Translations under genes and position numbers: made by a program
In this document: in pieces, positions 1 through 12,224 of the stretch
How the letters are laid out: the number at the start of each line of letters is the position of its first letter
Position numbering within the stretch: the stretch's first letter is position 1
The notes under the pieces: generated by a model
Told to the model about the DNA's origin: nothing
Database searches by the model: none
What the model saw: the letters and a program-made list of their open reading frames with translations, nothing else
NCBI GenBank assembly: GCA_965140785.1
Contig: OZ223496.1
Coordinates: 32,001-96,000, forward strand
Length of the DNA: 64,000 nucleotides
Reading direction: 5' to 3'
Origin: an uncultured Ruficoccus sp.
GTDB lineage: Bacteria; Verrucomicrobiota; Verrucomicrobiia; Opitutales; Cerasicoccaceae

Positions 1-352
1 CGTCGAAGCTGAGGTTGCGCCCGTCGGTGTCCACCTCCAGGATGCGGTGCAGGCCCAGATTGCGGACCAGTTCGAGGTTGCGCTCACTCAGACGGACCAG
101 GGTGAGCTTGCCCGGGGGCTTCTGCTTGCGGAAGTCCATCGCGGCCCCGGCTAGGATGCCGAGGAAGGTGCTGTCCATCGCCGTGCACCCCGCGAAGTCC
201 ACCACCACATGCGTCCGGCCTTCGGCCAGCATGTGCTTGAAGAAGTCGCTCACGGGTGCGCAATTGAGGTAACTGGCGCGGCCCTGAATACGCAGGAGCG
301 CCGGATCGGAATATCCGTCGACGAGGAAAACGGGTGTGTCGTTATCTGCCAT
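1..352 (-). CDS. STAS-domain anti-sigma factor antagonist (runs off left edge)
   Basis: Not in the ORF track. Manual translation from ATG at 352 gives MADNDTPVFLVDG...RIQGRASYLN...VVVDFAGCTAMDSTFLGIL, which carries the STAS 'D-S-x-x-LG' phosphoserine motif. Confidence 0.85.
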   Translation of the reverse strand, partial: MADNDTPVFLVDGYSDPALLRIQGRASYLNCAPVSDFFKHMLAEGRTHVVVDFAGCTAMDSTFLGILAGAAMDFRKQKPPGKLTLVRLSERNLELVRNLGLHRILEVDTDGRNLSFD

Positions 353-394
353 AACGCCTAGGTTACGCAGGGAGTACATACTCCCTTATCGGCA

Positions 395-3151
<2,757 letters not shown>

Positions 3152-3212
3152 TTTCCAGAATTCAAGTCATGTTAATCCAGCCCACCGGCGAAGTCGGAAA
3201 CCATGGACGCCC

Positions 3213-3683
3213 CTATTGCAGGGCGGCCTGGACCTCGTCGAAGGGGGGCAAATCGTGCGGGTCTTCGCTGGACCAGCTGTAGGCGATGGTGCCGTCCTTA
3301 TCGACGACGAAGGCGGAGCGCTTGGCCACGCCCTTGAGCCCGAGTAGGTCCTCGTAGAGCACGTCGTAGGCGGCGGCGACTTCCTTGTTAAAGTCGCTCA
3401 GCAGCGGGACGGTGATCTTGTTGGCCTTGGCCCAGCCTTCCTGGGCGAAGGGACTGTCCACGCTGATGCCGTAAACGGCGGCTTCGAGCTTTTCATAGGC
3501 GTCGATACCGGAGGAGATGCTGCACATCTCGTTCTGGCAGACACTGGTGAAAGCGAAGGGGAAAAAGAGCAGAACGGTCTTCTTTTTGCCGAAATTGTCG
3601 CTGAGGGTAACTTCCTCCAGGCCTTCGGACGTTTTCGTATTCAGCTTAAAATCAGGCGCTTGGGTGCCTTTTTCGAGTGCCAT
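3213..3683 (-). CDS. Peroxiredoxin (AhpC/TSA, AhpE-like)
   Basis: FFPFAFTSVC peroxidatic motif, GISVDS, LLSDFN, RSAFVVDKDG. Confidence 0.92.
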   Translation of the reverse strand: MALEKGTQAPDFKLNTKTSEGLEEVTLSDNFGKKKTVLLFFPFAFTSVCQNEMCSISSGIDAYEKLEAAVYGISVDSPFAQEGWAKANKITVPLLSDFNKEVAAAYDVLYEDLLGLKGVAKRSAFVVDKDGTIAYSWSSEDPHDLPPFDEVQAALQ

Positions 3684-3923
3684 AAAGTTCGGGTGTTGAC
3701 GTTAGAAAAGTGTGAACGGGCAAGCTACGCCGCCCCTAGGAGCAGTGCAAGCACAACCTCGATTATTCTGGCCGGTTTCGACAGGGGGAAAAGTCTGGTG
3801 GTGAGAAAGTTGCGCCAGCCTCGGAGCAAGTCCAATGCCGTCTGGCCACCAAAATTGCCCGCCGCCCCAACCAAGTTTAAAAATCGGATTCATCCGGATT
3901 TAATTGGACCATCCTTTTATATC

Positions 3924-4130
3924 TTAACGCTTTCTTTTCTGAATTTGGTCATAGAGCACCCCGCCCAAACAACAAAGCGCCGGCGCAGCCAAAAAGAATA
4001 TGAGCGTCAAGACGTCTTCATATAACTCATGGGCCCTCAATAAATCAGCAAAGAGAAGAGAGATGACCGAGAGCACAAATATACCAATAACAGTATAGGC
4101 CAAGGCACTTCCTAACGCTTCAACCTTCAT
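3924..4130 (-). CDS. Small two-TM hypothetical membrane protein (AT-rich)
   Basis: 68 aa, two hydrophobic stretches and a basic C-terminus, in a locally AT-rich segment. Confidence 0.45.
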   Translation of the reverse strand: MKVEALGSALAYTVIGIFVLSVISLLFADLLRAHELYEDVLTLIFFLAAPALCCLGGVLYDQIQKRKR

Positions 4131-4193
4131 GACTTTTATCGATTCTAAGTATAAATAGGCATACTTTGCAACCGCGGGCAGGATTTCTCCTCA

Positions 4194-5522
4194 TCACCCA
4201 CCCGCCGGAGCCAGTCGACGCTGGGGGTTGTCCGCAAAAATCGCGGCTACGAAAAGCGCCACACAGCAGGCCGCGTACAGCCAGCTCGCCGGGGCGTAGC
4301 TGCCTGTAAAGTCCTCGGAGAGGCTCCAGATCAGCGGTGCCACCGCGCTACAGATGACCAGCGAGAGCATGGCCCAGCCGCTGATCGCCCCCAGATGGAC
4401 CCGTCCGAAAAAGCGCGGATAAACCACCGCCATCAGCGTCCCGAAAAAGGCCGCGGAGAACCCGCCCGTAATCACGTACAGCACCACTCCCCACGCGGTG
4501 GACAGGTAAACCATCCCCACGGCGGTCAGGGTCATCCCCGCCGCCATTGCCATCAGCAGGGGCTTGAGGCGCATGCGCCCACTGAGCCAGCCGATGAGCA
4601 GCCCGGTCGGGATATTCACACAGACCGTCCAGAGATAAAGTTGGTAAAAAGCCTCCGTCGAACGCCCGGCCTCGCGGGCAATATCCACCGCATGAAATCC
4701 GATCGCCGTCATAAAAATACCCATCAGGCTGAAAGCCGCGGTAAAAACCCAAAAGGAGTAGGTCCGGATCGCCTCGGGCGCGGTAAACTCCTTGCGCACA
4801 TTGAACTCCGGGTCAGTTGGACCGGTCGGCTCCGGGGGCGGCGGCTCGCCGTCCATCATCAGCCCGCACTCTTCGGGATTGTCGCGGTACAGCAACCAGC
4901 ACAGCGAAGAAACCCCGAGCATCAGCGCCAGCCCCATGGCCAGCCAGGCCTCCCGCCAGCCCAGCGCATCCACCAGCATATAGAGAACAAGCGGGGCCGC
5001 TGAGAAGAACAGACCACAGATGCTGCCGGAGACCGCGCTGGCCAGCCCGCGCTTGCGATTGAACCACTTCCCCAGCATGGCACGTGCGGTCATGGCGATC
5101 ACCCCCTGCCCCAGGAAGCGGATGAGGAAAAAACCGAACATGACCAGCCCCAAAGCCAGGTAGGGCAAGGGCTTGTCCCCCGGCGTCAGCCAGTGATAAA
5201 TCGTTGAACAGGCGGCCATGTAAAACAGGCTCAGCCCGAAGGCCACCTCGACCAGCGTCCCGGTCAGGCGCGCCCCGAAGCGGTCGAAAAACCGCCCGAT
5301 GCGCGGCAGAATCAGTCCGCTCAGCGCCGTGCCGCCGAAGTAGGCGAAGCTCAACTGCAAGCGCGAAAGGTCCAGGTTGGCCATCAGGTCCTCGGCAAAG
5401 GGCCCCACCCCGGCCGTCTGCCCCGGCATACTGGAGACGATGCCCATGACCGAAGCCCCAGCCACTACCCAGCCGTAAAAGAACGGCGACCGGTCCGGCC
5501 GAAACGGCACATCCGATTGCAT
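4194..5522 (-). CDS. MFS transporter
   Basis: About 12 TM segments, GRFFDRFGAR motif A, KWFNRKRGLAS. Start placed at MQSDVPF. Confidence 0.9.
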   Translation of the reverse strand: MQSDVPFRPDRSPFFYGWVVAGASVMGIVSSMPGQTAGVGPFAEDLMANLDLSRLQLSFAYFGGTALSGLILPRIGRFFDRFGARLTGTLVEVAFGLSLFYMAACSTIYHWLTPGDKPLPYLALGLVMFGFFLIRFLGQGVIAMTARAMLGKWFNRKRGLASAVSGSICGLFFSAAPLVLYMLVDALGWREAWLAMGLALMLGVSSLCWLLYRDNPEECGLMMDGEPPPPEPTGPTDPEFNVRKEFTAPEAIRTYSFWVFTAAFSLMGIFMTAIGFHAVDIAREAGRSTEAFYQLYLWTVCVNIPTGLLIGWLSGRMRLKPLLMAMAAGMTLTAVGMVYLSTAWGVVLYVITGGFSAAFFGTLMAVVYPRFFGRVHLGAISGWAMLSLVICSAVAPLIWSLSEDFTGSYAPASWLYAACCVALFVAAIFADNPQRRLAPAGG

Positions 5523-5696
5523 CCACTTACCCCTGGCATTGCCCATAAGCAGCCGAGTTTGCGTCCGCGCCCCGCCCGCGCCAAGCGTCGAATGCATTTT
5601 TCCCATTCTTGACCCCGTTCGTCCCTTATGGAAAAATCCCGAACACGTTCGGACAGGAAGCACGCCTTCCAAGCCGCTTCAAAAAAAGCCCCCTCC

Positions 5697-5954
5697 ATGA
5701 AACTCCCCCGTCAACCCAAAACCTACCCGATCGACGAGCTGTTGCAGGCACTGGCCGAGGACGGGGAGAGCCGACGGGTGGTGGCGTGGATCTGCCGTCA
5801 GAACGACTTCCAGCGGCGCTCACTCATCCGCACGCAGTTGGACACGATGCGCCTGAAGGGCGCGCCCGCCGAGTTGATGGCCCTGCTGAAAGCGTTGGAA
5901 GACCCGGCGTTGGCAGCGCGGACCGCGCGTTTTCTCGACGGCGAAGAAACCTGA
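5697..5954 (+). CDS. Hypothetical protein
   Basis: 85 aa helical-looking ORF with host-like codon usage, upstream of tyrS. Confidence 0.6.
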   Translation: MKLPRQPKTYPIDELLQALAEDGESRRVVAWICRQNDFQRRSLIRTQLDTMRLKGAPAELMALLKALEDPALAARTARFLDGEET

Positions 5955-6053
5955 GCGAGCGCTAACGACGTGTGCGCGTTTTCCCCTTGTCGGGAGGGCC
6001 CGCGGTGGCCTTAATCCCCGCAGACACCTTTTATCATCAAGACACCTACCCAC

Positions 6054-7235
6054 ATGAGCAGGCTGGACATTCTGAAAGCAAATGCCGAAAGCATCATCGG
6101 CGACGAGAACATGATGGAGCGCATCCGCGCCGGCAAGAAACTCAAGATCAAGCTGGGCGTCGATCCGACACGGCCCGACCTGACCTTTGGCCACATGGTC
6201 GTCTTCAACAAGATGAAGCAGTTCCAGGTCATGGGGCACGAGTGTATCCTGCTTATCGGCGACTACACCGCCACCATCGGCGACCCCTCCGGCCGCTCCG
6301 AGACCCGCCCCGTCCTGACCGACGAGGAAGTCGCGGCCAACGCCGACACTTACCTCGACCAGGCCTTTAAGATCCTCGACCCCCACCTCACCACCGTGCG
6401 CTACAACAGCGAGTGGTTCCGTGAGATGGACTTCTCCGAGGCGCTCAACCTGACCCGGCAGATGACCGTCGCCCGCATGCTCGAGCGCGACGACTTCGCC
6501 AAGCGCTACGCCTCGCAGACGCCGATCTCCATTGTCGAGTTTCTCTACCCGCTGATCCAGGGCCACGACTCGGTTATGCTGGAGGCCGATGTCGAGCTGG
6601 GCGGCTCCGATCAGCTCTTTAACATGCTGGTGGGCCGCGCGCTCCAGAAAAACGCCGGGCAGCCCGAGCAGACCGTCATCACCATGCCGCTGCTGGTCGG
6701 CCTCGACGGGGCAAAAAAAATGTCCAAGAGCGCGGACAACTACATCTCTTTCAACGACGCGCCCAAGGACATGTTCGGCAAGATCATGTCGATCAACGAC
6801 GAGACCATGTGGGACTACTACCGGCTGCTGCTGGAGGTGGACGGCGAGGCCCTCGCCCGTCACAAGCAGGAGCACCCCATGGAGGCCAAAAAGCACCTGG
6901 CCGTGTCGCTGACGGCGATGTTCCACTCGCTCGACTCGGCCAACCGCGAACGTCAGCAGTTCGAGCAGGTCTTTTCCAAAAACAAGCTGCCCGACGACAT
7001 GCCGGTCTTCTCCTGGCGCGAAATCGCCGGCGACGAACACCAGCTCGCCCTGGCCGAAGTCCTCTCCCGCACCAAGCTCTTCCCCAGCAAAAAGGAAATC
7101 CGCCGCCTGATCGAGCAGGGCGCGGTCAAGCTCAACGAGGAAAAAGCCGCCGACCCCTTCCAGCCGATCGAAAAGCCCGAGGACCAGCACATCCTCCAGT
7201 CCGGCAAACGCACCTTCGTCAAGATCGTGGGGTGA
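6054..7235 (+). CDS. tyrS: Tyrosine--tRNA ligase
   Basis: LGVDPT..DLTFGH (HIGH-like), KMSKS, GGSDQ and a C-terminal S4 domain. Confidence 0.97.
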   Translation: MSRLDILKANAESIIGDENMMERIRAGKKLKIKLGVDPTRPDLTFGHMVVFNKMKQFQVMGHECILLIGDYTATIGDPSGRSETRPVLTDEEVAANADTYLDQAFKILDPHLTTVRYNSEWFREMDFSEALNLTRQMTVARMLERDDFAKRYASQTPISIVEFLYPLIQGHDSVMLEADVELGGSDQLFNMLVGRALQKNAGQPEQTVITMPLLVGLDGAKKMSKSADNYISFNDAPKDMFGKIMSINDETMWDYYRLLLEVDGEALARHKQEHPMEAKKHLAVSLTAMFHSLDSANRERQQFEQVFSKNKLPDDMPVFSWREIAGDEHQLALAEVLSRTKLFPSKKEIRRLIEQGAVKLNEEKAADPFQPIEKPEDQHILQSGKRTFVKIVG

Positions 7236-7529
7236 GCCAGCGCATGCCCAGGCCCCTGGATACTCCGCATCTGGATGGAGCTCTGGACCAGTGGCGTGAG
7301 GGCTCGCACAGCGATGCCAGGGGCACTTATCCACGCCAAACGCCACCGGCTATTCCGCCCGAAAATCCCCTGACCTCCTCACCCAACAAAAAGGTGGCGA
7401 CCCAGTTTTGATGATTTCGCTCTGCGATGCTGCAAGCATCGAAAGTGCAGGCTAAAAGGCTGGTCCAGCCGGACCTGCTGCGGGTCTGGGCTGCATAAGC
7501 CCAGAAAAAACGTCCTCCCCTACGCCTCC

Positions 7530-8261
7530 CTACAGGAGCGCGGCGGCGGCTTCGTCCACGAGCCAGACGGTCTTGTCGGCGTGGGCGCGGAGGAGTTGGA
7601 TCGGTTTGTGGGTGGGGTCGAAGTCGCCTTTCAGGGCGGCCTTGAGGGCCTCGGCCTTGCCCGCGCCGGGGCAGGAGACAACGATCCGCTTGCACTGGGA
7701 GAGGCCGTGCGGGGTCAGGGTGACGCGCCAGCCGCGTTCGGGCCAGAGGGTGGCCGCGAAGTTCTCGATCAGCCCCGCGCCGATCAGCGGGCACTGCGGA
7801 AAGAGCGACAGGGTGTGGTTGTCCCCGCCCATGCCGACGAAGCACACGTCATAGGCACGGTCTTTGCCCACGCGCTCGTCCCAAGCCTTGGTGTAGGCGT
7901 CGGCACAGGCGGCGGGCTCCAATTCGGTCGGCCAGGGGAGCTTGTTCGCGTCCGGCACACCGAGGGGGGCGAGCATCTCGCGGTCGGCGTGGCCGAAGTT
8001 GCTGTCGTCGTCGTCGAGGGGGACGCAGCGCTCGTCGCTGGTGGTCCAGAGAATCTTTTTCGCCGTTTCCAGTGAGAGGGCCTTATGAGCCGTCACCCAT
8101 TGATAAAAAGCCTTCGGGGTGGAGCCGCCGGTCAGGCCGATGGGGGCGAGCCCCTCGCCCGCGGCCTCGGCGGCCTGCTTGATGTAGCGGAGGGTTTCGG
8201 CGTAGAGTTCTTCTTCGCCCACGATGTGGACTTGGCCGTAGTCGGTGGGGATGCTCTTCAT
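7530..8261 (-). CDS. pgl: 6-phosphogluconolactonase
   Basis: LTGGSTP, DERCVP...SNF, GMGGDNHTLSLFP; downstream of zwf/opcA. Confidence 0.93.
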   Translation of the reverse strand: MKSIPTDYGQVHIVGEEELYAETLRYIKQAAEAAGEGLAPIGLTGGSTPKAFYQWVTAHKALSLETAKKILWTTSDERCVPLDDDDSNFGHADREMLAPLGVPDANKLPWPTELEPAACADAYTKAWDERVGKDRAYDVCFVGMGGDNHTLSLFPQCPLIGAGLIENFAATLWPERGWRVTLTPHGLSQCKRIVVSCPGAGKAEALKAALKGDFDPTHKPIQLLRAHADKTVWLVDEAAAALL

Positions 8262-8268
8262 GAAAACA

Positions 8269-8303
8269 GTTTGAGAGTTTCGGGTTTGAGAGTTTGAGAG
8301 TTC
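8269..8303. repeat. Short tandem 7-8-mer repeat (GTTTGAGA)n
   Basis: gtttgaga gtttcgg gtttgaga gtttgaga gtt, in the opcA-pgl spacer. Confidence 0.7.
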
Positions 8304-8347
8304 GATGCGAATGGGGGGGCGGAACACCGCCTCAAGCCCTCCGTCGC

Positions 8348-9346
8348 TCAGCTGAAAAACAGCGCCTCGGCGAGGGCGTTGACCGGTTCGAGGAAGCCGA
8401 CCTGCATGGGTGTGCTGACGCGGCCCGAGCCAAAGTCGGCCGTGACCTTGGCGTCGAGCCCCTTGACCTCGTGGGTCCAGAGAAAATGACGGTCGTCGTC
8501 GTACTTCCACTCGATCTCCAGGCAGTGGCCGCAGTCGATCTTATGGCAGGTGAACCCGGCGTTGAGGTCGAGCTTGGCGTCCTGGGCGCAAGCCTTCAAA
8601 CAGGACTCGGTCCACTTGAGCAAGTTGCGGGCCTCGCCCTCGCGCCCGTCGGTGTAGCGGACCTGCACCGAGAGCAGCCCGCCGGCGAGCTTGGCCGTCT
8701 CGTAGCGGCTGAGGAACTGCCCGAGCGACTGGCGGATGGGCAGGATGCGCGCGTGCGCCAGGTCGATGGCGGCCTCCGGACGCGGCCACTTCACCTTTAA
8801 AATGTCCTCCTCCTCGATGTCCGAGTCGTAGATGACGCGGCGGCAGCGCTTGACGAATTCCAGGTGCATGCCGGTGATGCGCTCAGCCGGGATGCGGTTG
8901 AACCAGTGATAGGTGGGCAGGTCGTTCTCCAGCCAGATCGAGACCTGGTTGACGAGGAAGCCCGCCTCGCGCGTCGGATACCCGAGGATGAGCGCCTCGC
9001 AGCAGCACATCTCGCGGATGCTCGAGCCGACGTAGCACTGGGCAAAGAGCTTGCCCTGGAGCAGGCGGTCGCTGGGCTCACGCCCCATCGGGCAGAGCAC
9101 GACGATGCGGCACGGGTAGCGCTGGGCAAAGGCGATCGCGGTGTTGAACCGGTCAAAAGCCTCGTCGGGCGAGGTTTTCAGGCCGAAGTGCAGCACGATA
9201 TTCATCTGCGAGGCCCGGAACTCGGAGGGTGCCGTCTGATCGGGACTGGGGGTGCCCGTCCACATCTGCGTGAGCGAATGGGTCACCTCCGAGACATCCA
9301 TGAGCTGGCCCGGCAGCGCGTCGAAAATGGTCATATCTTCTGTCAT
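8348..9346 (-). CDS. opcA: Glucose-6-phosphate dehydrogenase assembly protein OpcA
   Basis: RASQMNIV, YPCRIVVL, CCEALIL, DLPTYHW, DLAHARILP; zwf-pgl context. Confidence 0.85.
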   Translation of the reverse strand: MTEDMTIFDALPGQLMDVSEVTHSLTQMWTGTPSPDQTAPSEFRASQMNIVLHFGLKTSPDEAFDRFNTAIAFAQRYPCRIVVLCPMGREPSDRLLQGKLFAQCYVGSSIREMCCCEALILGYPTREAGFLVNQVSIWLENDLPTYHWFNRIPAERITGMHLEFVKRCRRVIYDSDIEEEDILKVKWPRPEAAIDLAHARILPIRQSLGQFLSRYETAKLAGGLLSVQVRYTDGREGEARNLLKWTESCLKACAQDAKLDLNAGFTCHKIDCGHCLEIEWKYDDDRHFLWTHEVKGLDAKVTADFGSGRVSTPMQVGFLEPVNALAEALFFS

Positions 9347-9356
9347 GGCAGGTTCC

Positions 9357-9662
9357 TTATTGGACAGTGGTAGTGATGGTGTAGTTTCCCAAACCATATA
9401 ACATCAAGAGGTGCAAAGCCACGAGGCCGACAGCGAGTACCAAGCCCAAGATGGACAGGACCAGACCGGCGGTGGCCATCTCGCGAGCAGCGGAGGTGCG
9501 CCCTTTCACGCCCAGCACCAGGCCGACCACCGTCACCGGCAACGCCACTAACGGCATCACCCAGACGAGTATCAGGCCGACAATCCCGAGTACGAGCGAG
9601 GCGACGGTTTTCCCGTCAACCGGCGTTGCCGCTTTGTCGATGGTTACGGTTGGGTTGTTCAT
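9357..9662 (-). CDS. DUF4190-like small membrane protein
   Basis: ASLVLGIVGL...GLVLGVKG...MATAGLVLSILG pattern. Confidence 0.75.
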   Translation of the reverse strand: MNNPTVTIDKAATPVDGKTVASLVLGIVGLILVWVMPLVALPVTVVGLVLGVKGRTSAAREMATAGLVLSILGLVLAVGLVALHLLMLYGLGNYTITTTVQ

Positions 9663-9676
9663 ACTGAAGCTCCATA

Positions 9677-11221
9677 TCAGGGGCCGGCGCGGCGCCATTC
9701 ATGATTGCTCTCCCACAGCAGGCGGTCCGCCGAGAGCGGGCCCCAGGAGCCGCAGGCGTAGGAGTCGAGCCCCTTGCGCCCGCACTTTTCCCAGTACTCG
9801 AGCAGCGGGGTGTAGAGCTTCCACGAGGTCTCGGTCTCGTCACCGCGGATGAAGAGCGTGGAGTCGCCCACCATGGCGTCGAGGATGAGTCGCTCGTAGG
9901 CCTCGGGCGTGTTCGAGCCGAAGGTCGTGGCGTAGCGGAAGTGCATCTTGACCGGCTGGGTGCGTGTTTCCAGGCCGGGGATTTTCGAGTTCATGAGCAG
10001 GGTGATGCCCTCGTCCGGCTGGATCTGGATGACCAGCGTGTTCGCGGCCATGTCGAAGCGCGACGGATCGGTGAAGAGGCTGCCCGAGGGCTGCTTGAAC
10101 TGGATCGCGATCTCGGAAACGCGCCGCGCCAGGCGCTTGCCCGAGCGCAGGTAGAAGGGCACGCCCTGCCAGCGCCAGTTGTTGATGTGGAAGCGCAGCG
10201 CGGCAAAGGTCTCGGTCGAGGAATCCTGCGGGATGTCCTTCTCCTGAAGGTAGCCGGGCACCTTTTCGCCACCGATCAGGCCCTCGGCGTACTGGGCGCG
10301 AACGGCGTCGCCGTCTTTCGGGTCGAGCTTGAGGGGCTGAATGGACTTGAGCAGCTTGACCTTCTCGTCGCGGATGTCCTCGGCCCCGAGCGAAACAGGG
10401 GCCTCCATCGCGGTCAGGGCGAGCAGCTGCATGGTGTGGTTCTGGAGCATGTCGCGGGTGGCGCCACTGGTGTCATAGTAGCCGCCGCGCGTGCCCACGC
10501 CGAGGTCCTCGGCCACGGTGATCTGCACGCAGTCCACGTAGTTGCGGTTCCAGATCGGCTCGAAGATGGTGTTGGCGAAGCGCAGCACCATGAGGTCCTG
10601 CACGGTTTCCTTGCCCAGGTAGTGGTCGATGCGGAAGACCTGATGCTCGTCAAACTGGTTGGCGATGATCCGGTTAAGCTCCTGGGCGGTGGCCAGGTCC
10701 CGCCCGAAGGGCTTCTCGATGATCATCTTGGAGGCCAGCGGCGTGCCCTTGCCGTGGGCGGCCAAGCCACTGGAACCGAGGTTTTCCAGGATCGGCTTAA
10801 ACACCGACGGCGGGGTGGAAATATAAAAGACGAACTGGAGGTCGCGCCCGGACTTTTTCTCGATCTCCAGGCACTTCTCGCGCAGGGACTCGAAGGCCTT
10901 GGGGTCGTCGTAGCCGCCGGCGTGGTAGTGGATGTTGCTCTTGAGCTGCGGCCAGATGTCGGGATTAAGCGGACGGCGCGAGAACTCCTTGATGTCCTTT
11001 TCGGCGTCCGCCTGAAAGTCATCGTCGGGAATTTCCTTGCGCCCGTAGCCGATCAGGTGGAAGTCGCCCGGCAGCAGGTTGTCCAGGCCGAGGTTATAGA
11101 GGGCGGGGATGAGCTTGCGGGCGGTCAAATCGCCGGAAGCCCCGAAGATCACAACGATCGTGGGCGGCGCACCGCGGTGCTTACTCAGTCCCTGCAGGAA
11201 CGGGTGACGGTCTTCGCTCAT
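9677..11221 (-). CDS. zwf: Glucose-6-phosphate 1-dehydrogenase
   Basis: GASGDLTARKL, EKPFGRD, RIDHYLGKETVQ, RWQGVPFYLRSGKRL. Confidence 0.98.
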   Translation of the reverse strand: MSEDRHPFLQGLSKHRGAPPTIVVIFGASGDLTARKLIPALYNLGLDNLLPGDFHLIGYGRKEIPDDDFQADAEKDIKEFSRRPLNPDIWPQLKSNIHYHAGGYDDPKAFESLREKCLEIEKKSGRDLQFVFYISTPPSVFKPILENLGSSGLAAHGKGTPLASKMIIEKPFGRDLATAQELNRIIANQFDEHQVFRIDHYLGKETVQDLMVLRFANTIFEPIWNRNYVDCVQITVAEDLGVGTRGGYYDTSGATRDMLQNHTMQLLALTAMEAPVSLGAEDIRDEKVKLLKSIQPLKLDPKDGDAVRAQYAEGLIGGEKVPGYLQEKDIPQDSSTETFAALRFHINNWRWQGVPFYLRSGKRLARRVSEIAIQFKQPSGSLFTDPSRFDMAANTLVIQIQPDEGITLLMNSKIPGLETRTQPVKMHFRYATTFGSNTPEAYERLILDAMVGDSTLFIRGDETETSWKLYTPLLEYWEKCGRKGLDSYACGSWGPLSADRLLWESNHEWRRAGP

Positions 11222-11322
11222 AAAGTCAGTGCTGAGGTTGGTCCGCAAACAGGCCACATCTCTACCCCTGCGGACACAGCCGGGTGGAGCAGTAGAGGCA
11301 ACCTTGCGAACATGTGAGAGAG

Positions 11323-11739
11323 TTAGGTCTGATTAAACAGAGATACGTTCGGGTGATGGTATAAAGCGAAATCCCCGTCCTGGCCAAGCCTAAGTTCGAC
11401 AATATCGAAACGCGTGTGGGCCGGGGGCCGCCGCAGCTGCTTCAAATACGCCCGGCAGGCCCGGCGCAGGCGCGTCTTTTTTTCCTCCGTAACCGAATGG
11501 AAGCCGCCCACCAGTGCCTCCTCCCCCCGTGAGCGCACCTCGACAAAGACCAGCACTTCGCCATCCTGACAGACCAGATCGATCTCGTCGTGGCCGGCCC
11601 GCCAGTTGCGCGCCAGCACGCGATAACCCTGCTTGCGCAAATGCGCCGCAGCCCGCCGCTCACCGAAGCGCCCCCGCCCGGCCCGGTCCTCCGGCGCCCG
11701 ACGACCGAGCTTTTCCATCAAAATGCGCCGCCAGTCCAT
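11323..11739 (-). CDS. yraN: YraN/UPF0102 family putative endonuclease
   Basis: GERRAAAHL..GYRVLARNWR...EIDLV...LVFVEVRSR...RFDIV. Confidence 0.9.
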   Translation of the reverse strand: MDWRRILMEKLGRRAPEDRAGRGRFGERRAAAHLRKQGYRVLARNWRAGHDEIDLVCQDGEVLVFVEVRSRGEEALVGGFHSVTEEKKTRLRRACRAYLKQLRRPPAHTRFDIVELRLGQDGDFALYHHPNVSLFNQT

Positions 11740-11814
11740 GGGTGGGATAAATGCTAGTTGATTTCCGGCCTGCACAGCCAGGGGCGGGCCGAACACGGTG
11801 GAGACTCTCCCAAC

Positions 11815-11846
11815 GCTCAAACCCTCAAACTTTCAAACCTGAAACT
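11815..11846. repeat. Short tandem 7-8-mer repeat (CTCAAAC)n, reverse complement of the 8269 repeat
   Basis: ctcaaacc ctcaaact ttcaaacc tgaaact, in the rsfS-yraN spacer. Confidence 0.65.
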
Positions 11847-11849
11847 GCC

Positions 11850-12224
11850 CTACACCTCGACCTCGACGGCGTCCTTCCAGAGGGATTCGAGGCGATAGTT
11901 GCCGCGCTGCTCGGCGGTGAAGAGATGGACCATGATGTCGTAGGCGTCCACCACGAGCCAGCCGCTTTCGGGGACATTGTCCGTCCCGAGCACGTCGGTG
12001 CCCTGCTCTTTGAAGGCCTTTTCGGCCGCAGTGCGCAGGGCGCGCAGGTGGGGGGCGGAGTTCGCCGTGGCCAGGATCAGGTAGTCGGTGACGGTGGACT
12101 GACCGCGCACGTCCAGTACCTTCAGGGACTCCGCCTTGCGGTCTTCGAGCGCTTCCAGGCATTGCCGGATGCGCGTTTTGTCCTGTGTGGGAATCGAGGA
12201 GGTGTCGGAGATGGATTCAGTCAC
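11850..12224 (-). CDS. rsfS: Ribosomal silencing factor RsfS (Iojap)
   Basis: EDRKAESLKVLDV, TDYLILATANS, WLVVD, RGNYRLESLW; follows nadD. GTG start inferred. Confidence 0.93.
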   Translation of the reverse strand: MTESISDTSSIPTQDKTRIRQCLEALEDRKAESLKVLDVRGQSTVTDYLILATANSAPHLRALRTAAEKAFKEQGTDVLGTDNVPESGWLVVDAYDIMVHLFTAEQRGNYRLESLWKDAVEVEV

